Source: an uncultured Gemmatimonadales bacterium (GTDB lineage: Bacteria > Gemmatimonadota > Gemmatimonadetes > Gemmatimonadales > GWC2-71-9). Taken from it: DNA of 64,000 nucleotides. Shown here piece by piece: positions 17,939 through 28,080 of this stretch. The translations under genes and the position numbers were made by a program. Location of the stretch: NCBI GenBank assembly GCA_963771275.1, contig CAVYSW010000003.1, positions 672,001 to 736,000 of the forward strand, read 5' to 3'. Under the pieces are notes generated by a model. The model was given only the letters and a program-made list of their open reading frames with translations, was not told the DNA's origin and made no database searches. The stretch's first letter is position 1. The number at the start of each line of letters is the position of its first letter.

Positions 17939-20625
17939 TTCAGCTTCACCAGAAAGATGTTCTCGCCGGCGCCGGTGAACACCGGGCCCACGTCTCTCCC
18001 GAGGTCCAGCAAGCCGTCATTGAGCTCGTTCGATCGGCTCTGGGTCCATACCAGGAACAGGGTCGAGCCGGGATGGTACTCCCACCGCAGCACGGCGTTG
18101 CCGCGGAGCGAGCGCAGCGTGAAGCTCGGGTCCGTGACCGCGAACTCGGCCGCCGGCCCGCCGCCGTCCGGGTCCACCACGAACACCCGCGGATCGGTCG
18201 CCCGCACGGTGAGCGTCCCCACGTCCTTGCCATAGACCAGCTTGTCGAGGGCCCGGGGGGCGGCGAACTCCTTGAGATGGGCGTACTGCGCGCTCGAGAT
18301 GAACGGCTGGGCGTAGAGCTCCAGGGTGAGCGTCGGCGTGAAGGTGATGTTGAGCCGCGTGTCCATCCCCAGGTCGCGGCGGTACAGGTCGGAGAACACG
18401 TACCGCGCGCCGCCGAACGCCGTCGCCGTGGGGTCGCTGATCCTGGTCACGTACTGGGCGCGCGATTCGCCGTAGCTGTAGGCCGGGCCCACGGTCACCG
18501 CGACGTTCGACGCCGGGTGCCACGTGACCCCGAGGTTCACCTCGTACTGGCGGGCGCCTTCCACGGTCCGGAGCGTGGTCGAGTTGGTCTCGAGCACCAG
18601 CGCTTTCCGCTGGTCGGTCGAGACGTTGAGCTGGAAGAAGTTGAACCCCGGCCGCCCCACCACGGGACCGCCGCGCGTCTGCCGATCGTCGAGCGCCGAG
18701 AACCGGTGGATCCAGAACGTGCTCAGATTCCAGTAGTTGTGCGGCTGGACCTGGGCGTAGAGCTGCACCTGCCGGTCGGTGAGGTCGCCGTCGAAGTTGT
18801 ACTGCTGCTGGCCGCCCGCGATGAAGAACATCTGGCGGAACAGCCGGTTGGGCCGGGTGAACTGGCGGAACACGTTGCCGCTCATCCACCAGTAGTCGGC
18901 CTGGGTGAGGAACGCGATGTCGTTGTTCTCGAAGCCGGGCGACCGGATGTTGGTGGAGGCCTCCCACAGCCAGTCGCCCGACTCCTTGGCGAACCGGGCG
19001 TACGCCGCCCAGCCGCGCATCACCGTGAGTGACGAATCGAGCCGGTCGGTGAACAGCCCGTTCCCGCCGGGCTCGCGGTCGGGGCGCTGGAAGTAGCGGG
19101 CGCTGGAGCGCTGGAGGCCCAGCATGGCGGTGCTGTCCGCCGTCACCTGCGTCATGCTCACCTGGGCCATCAGCCGGTACTCGCGCTTCCCGAACCAGCT
19201 TTCCGTCGAGAACCCGAGCGCCTCCGAGTGGCGGGACAGCCGGTCGGCCAGGGCCGGCGTGCTCAGGTCGCGCACCACCGACGTCGCCATGCCGCGGAGC
19301 ACCGTGCTCCCGTCGCCCAGGTCCTTGGCGATCCGGGCCACGAAGTAGTTGGTGAACGGCTCCACGGCCACCGAGGTCCGCGTACTGTCGGCGCGTTCCA
19401 CGGTCGCTTGCTCGCGGGCCGTCGCCGCGTCGAGAATGCCGAGCGACCAGCCCGATCCGGTCCGTCCGGTCACCTTGGCGGCGCCCAAAATCGTGGTGTT
19501 GTCCGGCGCGTGCGCGTACGGCCCTTCGTCGTAGGCAGCACCCAGGACCTGCGGCGTCCGGCCGATGCGGCGCGAGTAGAACATCGAGAGGCTGGAGACG
19601 TTCGAGCAGAAGAAGCAGCTGAGCCCGCCGAAGCTGAACAGGCCCGACCCCTCGACGAAGAATGGCCGCCGCTCCTCGAAGAACGTCTCGAACGCGCTCA
19701 GGTTCACCACCGCGGGGTCCACTTCCACCTGGCCGAAATCCGGATTGACCGTGGCCGACAGTGTGAGATTGGAGGTGAGCAGCACCTTGGCGTCGGCGCC
19801 GATGCGCCCGTCCATGGTGTGCGGGTCGGCGAACGGGTCCTTGGGATCTCCGGGTGGCTGGTTGTTGGACCGCCCGACGACGTACGGGAGGATCTCCGCC
19901 CGCTGTGGCGGGCGGGTGATCTCGAGGCCCGTGAGGTGGCCGAACCGCGGGGGACCGCCCACCTCGTTCCTGAGCCAGAACGACCACTGGGACAGCTCGT
20001 TCAGCCGGTTCACCTGTCGCCAGATCTGGAGCCCCCACGTCTGGTCGGGCGCCCGCGGGTAGCGCAGCTGCGAGAAGGGAATGCGCGCTTCCGCGGTCCA
20101 GCCCAGCGAGTCGATCGTGGTCTTGACCTCCCAGACGGGATCCCAGGAGGCGTCCTCCCCACTGCCCCCCGGCGCGTAGGAATCGCCCTTCACGCCGGAC
20201 GGGTTGATCAGGAAGAACACCCGCCCCAGGTGATCGTGGAACGTGTCGAAGATGAGCTCTATGTAGTCGGAGCTGACGTCGCCATCGCGCCGCACCAGCC
20301 GCGTGCGCACGCCCGCCGCCCCCTGATCGTCGAACATCCGGGCGCCGACGTAGAGCGCGTCGTGGTCGTACGCGAACCGCACTTCGGTCCGCTGGGTCGC
20401 CGGTTCGCCCTCCCTGGGCTCGCTTTGGCGGAAGCCGGTGGCGGCAGGAGCGGTCCGCCACACGTCTTCGATCAGGCGCCCGTCGAGGGTGATCGGGCCC
20501 GGCAGCGGGACCGCCTGCGCCACGGGTGGCGGGTCGGGATGGATGGCTTGGGCTCGGGCCGACGCCGGGGCGCTCACGGCGGCGAGTCCCAGAATGCAAC
20601 GCACGACGACAAGCGGTCGAGGCAT
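17920..20625 (-). CDS. CBM9-like/DUF5916 outer-membrane beta-barrel protein
   Basis: LDGRL...W, WTAEARIPFSQLRY, NPDFGQVEVD, FFEERRPFF, FYSRRIGR; C-terminal LVKLNYWLGF. Confidence 0.88.
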   Translation of the reverse strand: MPRPLVVVRCILGLAAVSAPASARAQAIHPDPPPVAQAVPLPGPITLDGRLIEDVWRTAPAATGFRQSEPREGEPATQRTEVRFAYDHDALYVGARMFDDQGAAGVRTRLVRRDGDVSSDYIELIFDTFHDHLGRVFFLINPSGVKGDSYAPGGSGEDASWDPVWEVKTTIDSLGWTAEARIPFSQLRYPRAPDQTWGLQIWRQVNRLNELSQWSFWLRNEVGGPPRFGHLTGLEITRPPQRAEILPYVVGRSNNQPPGDPKDPFADPHTMDGRIGADAKVLLTSNLTLSATVNPDFGQVEVDPAVVNLSAFETFFEERRPFFVEGSGLFSFGGLSCFFCSNVSSLSMFYSRRIGRTPQVLGAAYDEGPYAHAPDNTTILGAAKVTGRTGSGWSLGILDAATAREQATVERADSTRTSVAVEPFTNYFVARIAKDLGDGSTVLRGMATSVVRDLSTPALADRLSRHSEALGFSTESWFGKREYRLMAQVSMTQVTADSTAMLGLQRSSARYFQRPDREPGGNGLFTDRLDSSLTVMRGWAAYARFAKESGDWLWEASTNIRSPGFENNDIAFLTQADYWWMSGNVFRQFTRPNRLFRQMFFIAGGQQQYNFDGDLTDRQVQLYAQVQPHNYWNLSTFWIHRFSALDDRQTRGGPVVGRPGFNFFQLNVSTDQRKALVLETNSTTLRTVEGARQYEVNLGVTWHPASNVAVTVGPAYSYGESRAQYVTRISDPTATAFGGARYVFSDLYRRDLGMDTRLNITFTPTLTLELYAQPFISSAQYAHLKEFAAPRALDKLVYGKDVGTLTVRATDPRVFVVDPDGGGPAAEFAVTDPSFTLRSLRGNAVLRWEYHPGSTLFLVWTQSRSNELNDGLLDLGRDVGPVFTGAGENIFLVKLNYWLGF

Positions 20626-20658
20626 CGGCGGCCGTGGGCAAAGGAGGTCTCTTGGATC

Positions 20659-20686
20659 AGACGCTCCGCGAGACTGAAAGGTTGCA
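20659..20686 (-). promoter_or_regulatory. ECF-type promoter TGCAAC-N16-GCGTCT
   Basis: 34 bp upstream of the DUF5916 start; matches the motif upstream of the ECF sigma gene. Confidence 0.55.
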
Positions 20687-20771
20687 CCCACCATGGCCAA
20701 CTGGCGCCCAGCCGACCGCCGGTGAACCATTACGCATTCCGAATTCGCCTTTCGCCGCGGAGTCTCTCACC

Positions 20772-22355
20772 ATGCGCCCACGCAACCTGTTGCCGTCCCT
20801 CACGCTCGCTTTCACGATCGTCGCGCAGCTCGCCGCCCAGCAGGCCGGGCCGGCCGCTCCTCCCCGGGACCTCGATCGCTACGTCGCCGCCGTCCTGCGG
20901 GCCTTCGAGGTGCCCGGCGTCGCCGTGACCATCGTGAAGGACGGGAAGGTCGTGCTCGCCAAGGGCTACGGGGTGCGGAAGCTCGGCGACCCCGCGCCGG
21001 TCAACGCCTACACGCGGTTCGGGATCGCCTCGAACACCAAGGCGTTCACGGCCACCGCGCTGGGTTTGCTCGTGGAGGCGGGCAAGGTCCGGTGGGACGC
21101 CCCGGTGATCGACTATCTGCCGGGCTTCCAGATGTGGGACCCGTACGTCACCCGCGAGCTCACGGTGCGCGACCTGCTGGTGCACCGGAGCGGGCTCGGT
21201 CTGGGGGCGGGCGACCTGCTGTGGTGGCCACCCTCCACCTACGATCGCCAGGAGATCATGCGCCGGCTGCGGTACATCAAGCCGGCGACGAGCTTCCGCT
21301 ACGCCTATGCGTACGACAACGTGCTCTACACGGTGGCGGGCGAGCTGATCGGCGCGGTGTCGAGCCAGAGTTGGGAAGACTTCGTCGTGTCGCGCATCCT
21401 CAAGCCCGTGGGCATGGACTCGAGCGACGTGCTGCACTCCCAGGCCGGCGTGAGCGGCAACTCGGCGACCCCGCACGCGCGGATCGACGGGGTGGTGCGG
21501 CCCGTGGCGCCGTTCACCAACGACAACACCAACCCCGCGGGCGGCATCAATACGGGCGCCGCCGACATCGCGAAGTGGCTGATCGTCCAGCTCGATTCGG
21601 GGCTCCTCGCGGGCGGCGCGCGGCTGTTTTCGCCTGCCACCACGCGCCAACTCTGGAGCCTGGTGACGCCGATCCCGTTCGGCAACCCGCCGCCCGAGCT
21701 GGCGCCCCTCCGGCGGAACTTCAACGGCTACGCCCTGGGCTTCAACGTGACCGACTATCGCGGCCGGAAGATCGTGACCCACACCGGCGGACTCCCCGGC
21801 TACGTCTCGCGACTGCTGATGGTCCCCGATCTCCGCCTCGGCATCGCGGTGCTCACCAACCAGGAATCCGGCGCCGCATTCGACGCGATCGCCTACCGCA
21901 TCCTCGATCACTACCTCGGCGCCCCGCCGTTTGACTGGGTCGCGGGCTACCAGGCGCTCAACGCGCGCATCGATTCGATCACCGCCGCCGCGCTGGCCAA
22001 AGCCACCGCGGAGCGGGACACGGCGTCGCGCCCGTCGCTGCCGCTGGCCCGCTACGCCGGCACGTACACCGACCCATGGTATGGCGACATCACGATCGCG
22101 CTCGAGGACGGAAAGCTGGTGATGCGCTTCTCGCACACGCCGTCCCTCGTGGGCGATCTCGACCACTGGCAGTACGACACGTTCATCGCGCGGTGGCGGG
22201 ATCGGGAGCTCAGGGCCGACGCGTACGTGTCGTTCGCGCTCTACCCGGACGGGACCGCGGCGCAGGCGACCATGATGGCCGTGTCGCCGGAGACGGATTT
22301 CAGCTTCGACTTCCAGGACCTGGTGCTCCGGCCGGCCCGGCCGCGGGAGCCGTAA
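20772..22355 (+). CDS. Serine hydrolase (class C beta-lactamase fold) with C-terminal DUF3471
   Basis: Signal peptide, ASNTK (SxxK), YDN (YxN), HTGG; YAGTYTDPWYG C-terminal domain. Confidence 0.92.
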   Translation: MRPRNLLPSLTLAFTIVAQLAAQQAGPAAPPRDLDRYVAAVLRAFEVPGVAVTIVKDGKVVLAKGYGVRKLGDPAPVNAYTRFGIASNTKAFTATALGLLVEAGKVRWDAPVIDYLPGFQMWDPYVTRELTVRDLLVHRSGLGLGAGDLLWWPPSTYDRQEIMRRLRYIKPATSFRYAYAYDNVLYTVAGELIGAVSSQSWEDFVVSRILKPVGMDSSDVLHSQAGVSGNSATPHARIDGVVRPVAPFTNDNTNPAGGINTGAADIAKWLIVQLDSGLLAGGARLFSPATTRQLWSLVTPIPFGNPPPELAPLRRNFNGYALGFNVTDYRGRKIVTHTGGLPGYVSRLLMVPDLRLGIAVLTNQESGAAFDAIAYRILDHYLGAPPFDWVAGYQALNARIDSITAAALAKATAERDTASRPSLPLARYAGTYTDPWYGDITIALEDGKLVMRFSHTPSLVGDLDHWQYDTFIARWRDRELRADAYVSFALYPDGTAAQATMMAVSPETDFSFDFQDLVLRPARPREP

Positions 22356-22482
22356 TGCCCGACGTCGGAACGCGGAGCGCGCACCACCGGGTGGCGGGGT
22401 CCGGTCGGCACGCCATCCGGGCGAAACGCCATTGCGCGTGGTAGAATCAGGTGGGGGCGGGACGATCAATCGGGAGCGATTC

Positions 22483-22896
22483 ATGGCGCACACAATCCGA
22501 CGTGTCGAGTACTTCAACGCCACCGTGAAGGACGAGCCGGGCCAGGGTTACAAGCTCCTCTCGCAGCTCGCCGAGATGGGGTTCAACCTGCTGGCGTTCA
22601 CCGCGGTGCCGGTGGGCCTCCTCCAGACGCAGCTCACGATCTTCCCCGACGATCCGGGGAAGCTCGCGCAGGCGGCCCGGACCGCCGGGTTGCCGTTGAT
22701 CGGACCGTTCCCGGCGTTTCTGGTGCAGGGGGACGACGAGCTGGGCGCGTTCGCCGAGATTCACGCGAAGCTCTACCGGGCGACCGTGAACGTGTACGCC
22801 TCGAGCGGCGTGACGGACGGGCACGGGAGCTACGGCTACGTGCTGTACGTGCGTCCCGAGGAGTACGACCGAGCAGCCCGGGCACTCGGCGTCTGA
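22483..22896 (+). CDS. Tandem ACT-like domain protein
   Basis: Two repeats DEPGQG...NLLAF and DELGAF...NVYAS; GGGAG RBS. Confidence 0.65.
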   Translation: MAHTIRRVEYFNATVKDEPGQGYKLLSQLAEMGFNLLAFTAVPVGLLQTQLTIFPDDPGKLAQAARTAGLPLIGPFPAFLVQGDDELGAFAEIHAKLYRATVNVYASSGVTDGHGSYGYVLYVRPEEYDRAARALGV

Positions 22897-22977
22897 CCCG
22901 ATGACGCTGAACCACCCCTTCCCGCGGCGCGCGGGAGGGGGCGGCGGCTCGACCGTCCCGCCGGCCCACCCCCTGTT

Positions 22978-25533
22978 GTGACGACGCACGGCGGGAGGAT
23001 CGGGCGGCGGCTCACGCCCCTGGTCGCGATTCCGCTGTTCGGCTTCGCGGCCTGGGTGATCCGCGGGGAGCTCACCCGCTTCCACTACCGCGACATCGTC
23101 CACGCGCTCCACACGATGCCGGGGAGCGCCGTCGGGCTCGCGGCGGCGCTCACGGCCGTGAGCTTCCTGGCCCTCACCGCGTACGACCTGCTCGCGCTGC
23201 GCTTCGTCGGCCAGTCGCTTCCCTACCGGCGCACGGCGCTCGCGTCGTTCATCGGCTACGCCTTCAGCAACGCGCTCGGCTTCCCACTGCTCACCGGCAT
23301 GCCGCTCCGCTTCCGGCTCTACTCCGGCTGGGGGCTCTCGAGCGTCGAGATCGGCCAGCTCGTCGGGTTCAACGCCGCGACCCTGTGGCTGGGGTTCTTC
23401 GCGCTCGGCGGGCTCGTCTTCCTGCTGGAGCCGCTGCGACTTCCCGCGCTGCTTCACCTGCCCTTCGCGACCGCCCGCCCGCTGGGGGTGCTGCTGCTGC
23501 TCATCGTCGCGTCCTACATCGCGGCAACCGCTGTCGCACGCGGACCGCTTCGGATTCGCGACCTGGAGCTCGGGCTGCCGCGGCCACGGCTCGCCGTCGC
23601 GCAGCTCGCCGTGGGTGCGTTCGACTGGGCGGTCGCCAGCGCCGTGCTCTACGCGCTGCTGCCGCCCGGGGGGAGCATCAGCTGGCCGGCATTCCTCGGC
23701 GTGTTTCTGCTCGCGCAGATCGCCGGCCTGGTGAGCCACATCCCCGGCGGACTCGGTGTCTTCGAGGCCGTCACGCTGCTGCTGCTGCCGATCCCGGAAA
23801 GCCAGCTCGTCGCCTCGCTGCTCGCCTACCGCGCCGTCTACTACCTCGCGCCGCTGCTCGCCGCCACGGTCGCCCTGGGCGCCTACGAGTACCAGCGCGG
23901 CCGCGAGCGGTTCGAGCGGCTCGGCGCCCTGCTGGGCCGCGGCCTGTCGAGCGTCGTCCCCCAGGCGCTCGCGATCACCACGTTCCTCGCCGGCGTCATT
24001 CTGCTGTTCTCGGGCGCGACGCCGGCCGTGGGCACGCGGCTTGGCTGGCTGCACGCGGTCCTGCCCCTGCCGGTGATCGAGCTGTCGCACTTCCTCGGCA
24101 GCGTGGCCGGAGCGGCGCTGCTGATTCTCGCCTGGGGGCTCCAGCGCCGGCTGGACGGCGCGTTCTATCTCGCCGCCGGGGTGCTCGCGGCAGGGATCGC
24201 GTTCTCGCTGCTCAAGGGCCTCGACTACGAAGAGGCGACGATCCTGGTGGTCATGCTCGCGGCCCTGGTCGCCTCGCACCGGGAGTTCTACCGCAAGGCG
24301 TCGTTGCTCAGCGAGCCCCTTTCCCTCCAGTGGATCGCGGCGATCGTTGTGGTGCTCGGGGCCGCGGTTGGGCTGGGGCTGTTCTCGTACAAGCGGGTCG
24401 AGTACTCGCACGATCTGTGGTGGCGCTTCGCCACCAACGCGGAAGCCCCGCGCTTCCTCCGGGCAACCGTGGGGGCGCTCGCCCTGACCCTGGCCTTCGC
24501 GACCATGCGCCTGCTGCGCCCGCCGCGCCGCGCGCCTACCGAATTGGGCGCCGCGGACCTCGAGCGCGTCGCGGCCGCCGCCGCCACCTCACCCTACACC
24601 TACGCCTACCTCGCCCTGCTCGGCGACAAGACGATCCTGTTCGGCGGCGAGCGCTCGTTCCTGATGTACGGCGTCGAGCACAAGAGCTGGGTGGCCCTCG
24701 GCGATCCGATCGGCCCGGAGGAGGAGCGGGTCGAGCTCGCCTGGCGGTTTCGCGAGCTCGCCGACGAGCACGACGGGTGGACCGTCTTCTACCAGGTACG
24801 GCCCGACAGTCTGCCGCTCTACCTCGATCTCGGCCTGAGCCTGCTCAAGCTCGGCGAAGTGGCGCGGGTCCCGCTGACCAACTTCTCGCTCGATGGCGGC
24901 CATTGGAAGACGGTGCGCCATTCGCTCCGTGCGCTCGAGAAGGAAGGATGCAGCTTCGCGCTCGTCCCCCCGGCGGACGTCCCGCCGCTGCTCCCCGAGC
25001 TCGCCCACGTTTCGACCGAGTGGCTGGGGTCGAAGCAGACCCGCGAGAAGGGGTTCTCGCTGGGATTCTTCGACCCGGCGTACCTCGCCCGCCTGCCGGT
25101 GGCCGTGGTGCGGCGCGGCGGCGCCGTCGTCGGGTTCGCCAACGTGCTGCCAGGCGCCGAGCATGAGGAGCTGTCGGTGGATCTGATGCGGTTCGCCGCC
25201 GACGCGCCGCGCGGCACGATGGATCTCCTGTTCGTCGAGTTGATGCAATGGGGCAGGGCCGAAGGGTACCGCTGGTTCGATCTCGGGATGGCGCCGCTCG
25301 CGGGGCTCGAGCCGCGGCCGTTGGCACCACTGTGGAATCGGGTCGGCGCGGCCGTGTTCCGCTTGGGCGAGCACTTCTACAACTTCCAGGGCCTGCGCGA
25401 GTACAAGGACAAGTTCCAGCCGGTCTGGGAGCCCCGCTATCTCGCCGGCCCGGGTGGGCTGGCTCTGCCGCGCGTGCTGACGCACATCGCGACGCTGGTG
25501 GGGGGCGGGCTCAAGGGGGTGATCGCGCGGTGA
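22978..25533 (+). CDS. mprF: Bifunctional aminoacyl-phosphatidylglycerol flippase/synthetase
   Basis: About 14 TMs with HIPGGLGVFE, then LGDK, GDPIG, KLGE, EKGFSLG, DLMR, YNFQGLREYKDKF. Confidence 0.95.
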   Translation: MTTHGGRIGRRLTPLVAIPLFGFAAWVIRGELTRFHYRDIVHALHTMPGSAVGLAAALTAVSFLALTAYDLLALRFVGQSLPYRRTALASFIGYAFSNALGFPLLTGMPLRFRLYSGWGLSSVEIGQLVGFNAATLWLGFFALGGLVFLLEPLRLPALLHLPFATARPLGVLLLLIVASYIAATAVARGPLRIRDLELGLPRPRLAVAQLAVGAFDWAVASAVLYALLPPGGSISWPAFLGVFLLAQIAGLVSHIPGGLGVFEAVTLLLLPIPESQLVASLLAYRAVYYLAPLLAATVALGAYEYQRGRERFERLGALLGRGLSSVVPQALAITTFLAGVILLFSGATPAVGTRLGWLHAVLPLPVIELSHFLGSVAGAALLILAWGLQRRLDGAFYLAAGVLAAGIAFSLLKGLDYEEATILVVMLAALVASHREFYRKASLLSEPLSLQWIAAIVVVLGAAVGLGLFSYKRVEYSHDLWWRFATNAEAPRFLRATVGALALTLAFATMRLLRPPRRAPTELGAADLERVAAAAATSPYTYAYLALLGDKTILFGGERSFLMYGVEHKSWVALGDPIGPEEERVELAWRFRELADEHDGWTVFYQVRPDSLPLYLDLGLSLLKLGEVARVPLTNFSLDGGHWKTVRHSLRALEKEGCSFALVPPADVPPLLPELAHVSTEWLGSKQTREKGFSLGFFDPAYLARLPVAVVRRGGAVVGFANVLPGAEHEELSVDLMRFAADAPRGTMDLLFVELMQWGRAEGYRWFDLGMAPLAGLEPRPLAPLWNRVGAAVFRLGEHFYNFQGLREYKDKFQPVWEPRYLAGPGGLALPRVLTHIATLVGGGLKGVIAR

Positions 25534-25558
25534 CGAGCGGTTTCCGCCTCGGACGGCC

Positions 25559-26773
25559 CTACCCCGGCGCGCTGACGCTCCCCACCTCCTCGCGCTCACG
25601 CTCGCCAGCCGGTCGGTCCTTGCGGATCCGCGTCGCCACACCCCACGCAACGAGCATCACCGCCGCCGACGCGACGAACGCGGCCCGCGGCCCGAAGCGG
25701 TCGTAGATCCCGCCCCACAGCAGCGGGCCGCTGAACCGCCCCGCGGCGCTCAGCGCCTGCGCGGCCCCGAGCATCGCGCCCTGTTCCGACGCGCCGGCGA
25801 GCATCGAGACGAGTCCCGTGATCGCCGGGACCGCGATGCCGTTGCTCGCCGCGAGCAGCACCACCCACGGGTACAGCAGCACGGCGCGCGGCGCGAACGG
25901 CATCCCCGCCGTCGCCAGCGCCATGCCCAGCGTGCCCGCAAGGATCAGCACCCGGTTCCCGGTGCGTCGCACGAGCTTGCCGAGCAGATACCCCTGCACG
26001 ACCGCGGCCACGATGCCGATCACGGAGAAGAGCCAGCCCAGCTCCCGGCTCCCCCAGCCGAACGCCTCCTTGGCGTACAGCGGCAGCGCGATCATGTAGC
26101 CGGTGAACGCGAACGGCAGCAGCCCGAACACGAGAAACGCCGGCCGCAGCGCTGGATCGCTCAGTCCCTGGCGGAGATGCTGCGTGTCGATCAGGGAACG
26201 CGCGGCGCGGTACTCCGTGCCGAGTGACTCGGCCAGGATGATCCAGGCGGACACGAAATTCACCAACCCGAGCCCAGCCGCGGCGAGTCCCGCGGCCTCA
26301 GGCCCGCCGTAATGCGCCGCGATGCCGCCCAGGGCCGGCCCGATCACGAACCCCAACCCGAACGCCGCGCCCACCAGTCCCATACCCTTCGACCGCTCGG
26401 CCGGCGACGTGACGTCGGCGATGTAGGCCTGCGCGACCGAGATGTTGCCGCCCGCGAACCCCGAGATGGCGCGCGCCACGAACAACATCCAGTAGCTGCC
26501 GGCGAACGCGAACAGCGTGTAGCCAAGCGTGCCGACCAGGATCGTCGTGAGCAGCACGGGACGCCGCCCCACCCGGTCGGACAGCCGGCCGAGCACCACC
26601 GTCGCGATGAACTGCATGACCGAGTAGATCCCGAGCAGCGCGCCGAAGCCGAGCCCGCCGGCGCCGAACCGCTGGGAGTAGTAGGGCAGGATCGGGAGGA
26701 TGAACCCGAACCCCACGAGATCGATGAAGACCGTGAGGAAGATGACGCCGAGCTTGGATCGGCCAGTGGGCAT
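25559..26773 (-). CDS. MFS transporter, DHA1/TetA-like
   Basis: DLVGFGFILPILP, GRLSDRVGRRP (motif A), GFVIGPALGG (motif C). Confidence 0.92.
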   Translation of the reverse strand: MPTGRSKLGVIFLTVFIDLVGFGFILPILPYYSQRFGAGGLGFGALLGIYSVMQFIATVVLGRLSDRVGRRPVLLTTILVGTLGYTLFAFAGSYWMLFVARAISGFAGGNISVAQAYIADVTSPAERSKGMGLVGAAFGLGFVIGPALGGIAAHYGGPEAAGLAAAGLGLVNFVSAWIILAESLGTEYRAARSLIDTQHLRQGLSDPALRPAFLVFGLLPFAFTGYMIALPLYAKEAFGWGSRELGWLFSVIGIVAAVVQGYLLGKLVRRTGNRVLILAGTLGMALATAGMPFAPRAVLLYPWVVLLAASNGIAVPAITGLVSMLAGASEQGAMLGAAQALSAAGRFSGPLLWGGIYDRFGPRAAFVASAAVMLVAWGVATRIRKDRPAGEREREEVGSVSAPG

Positions 26774-26871
26774 GGAGCACGCAATCTAAGCGGTTGACCC
26801 ACTCCGTCCCGTCCCCCACTGTTCTACCACCGCCCCTGGCGGGCGGCAGCCCTGATAGGAGCGAATTCCCC

Positions 26872-28002
26872 ATGGAACGGCGAGACATGCTGAAGACGGT
26901 GGGCACGATGGTCGCCGCCGCGGCCACGCTGCCCCCGAGACGGATGGCGACGGAGGCGTCGATGCCGAACCCTGGCGGACCGGCGACGATCGAGACCGAG
27001 ATCGTGCGGCTCAGACTGCGACATACGTGGACCACCACGATGTCGTCGAGTGACTACCGCGACACCCTCGAGCTGCGCTACACCAAGGACGGGATCACGG
27101 GCGTCGGCGCGGGCGCGCCCATCATCCGCTACCACGAGGACGCCGAGAGCGCCAAGCGGACGGTCGACGGCCTGAAGGACTTTCTCGCGACCGCCGACCC
27201 GCAGCAGTTCGACAAGCTGCTGGACGAGGTGCTTAGGCGCGTCGACGGCGAGTGGGCCGCGAAGGCCGCGATCGACATCGCGGTCCTCGACTGGGTGGGC
27301 CAGCAGCGCGGGCTCCCGATCTACGCCATGTTCGGGCTCGATCCGAAGGACGCGCCGTTCACCGACTTCTCGATCGGCATCGACACGCCGGAGGTGACGC
27401 GCCAGAAGGTGCGCGAAGCGGAGCCCTACCAGGTGCTCAAGATCAAGGTCGGGCTCGACACCGACGAGGCGACCATGGAGGCCGTGCGGAGCGTCACCAA
27501 CAAGCCGCTGCGCGTGGACGCCAACGAGGGCTGGACGAACAAGGAAGAGGCGCTGCGCAAGATCAAGTGGCTCGAGTCGCAGAACGTCCAGTTCATCGAG
27601 CAGCCGATGCCCGCCGCGATGCTCGAGGAGCAGCGCTGGCTCCGGGGCAAGGTGAACCTCCCGATCTTCGCGGACGAGGCCTGTCTCCGCCCCACCGACA
27701 TCCCCAAGCTCGCCGACGCCTTCGACGGCGTGAACGTCAAGATCGACAAGGCGGGCGGCATCTTGCAGGGCTACCGGATGATCCAGATCGCGCGCTCGCT
27801 CGGCCTCAAGACCATGCTCGGCTGCATGATCTCGAGCTCGGTGAGCGTCACCGCGGCGGCGCACCTGTCGCCGCTGGTGGACTACGCCGACCTCGACTGC
27901 GCACTGCTGGTGGCGAACGACCCCTACACCGGCGTCACCGTGGAGCAGAACGGTCAGCTGGTACTGCCGGACCGGCCGGGCCTCGGACTGAAGAAAGCCT
28001 AG
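26872..28002 (+). CDS. Dipeptide (L-Ala-D/L-Glu type) epimerase, enolase superfamily, with Tat-like signal
   Basis: MERRDMLK; KIKVG, VDANEG, IEQP, ADE, NVKIDK, DLD. Confidence 0.92.
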   Translation: MERRDMLKTVGTMVAAAATLPPRRMATEASMPNPGGPATIETEIVRLRLRHTWTTTMSSSDYRDTLELRYTKDGITGVGAGAPIIRYHEDAESAKRTVDGLKDFLATADPQQFDKLLDEVLRRVDGEWAAKAAIDIAVLDWVGQQRGLPIYAMFGLDPKDAPFTDFSIGIDTPEVTRQKVREAEPYQVLKIKVGLDTDEATMEAVRSVTNKPLRVDANEGWTNKEEALRKIKWLESQNVQFIEQPMPAAMLEEQRWLRGKVNLPIFADEACLRPTDIPKLADAFDGVNVKIDKAGGILQGYRMIQIARSLGLKTMLGCMISSSVSVTAAAHLSPLVDYADLDCALLVANDPYTGVTVEQNGQLVLPDRPGLGLKKA

Positions 28003-28080
28003 AGGGTGAGGGGGGGAGGGGGGAGAGGGGCAGAGATTGAGCTCATCTCTCCCCCTCTGCCCCCTCTGCCGCTCCTCCCC
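28003..28080. repeat. G-rich/C-rich palindromic simple-repeat element between convergent genes
   Basis: GGGGGAGAGGGGCAGAGA-TTGAGCTCA-TCTCT(CCCCCTCTG)2... Confidence 0.75.

Noticed and set aside
20772..26773. Beta-lactamase and tetracycline resistance calls
   Set aside because: Fold-level similarity only; a DUF3471-type serine hydrolase and a generic DHA1 MFS do not establish resistance
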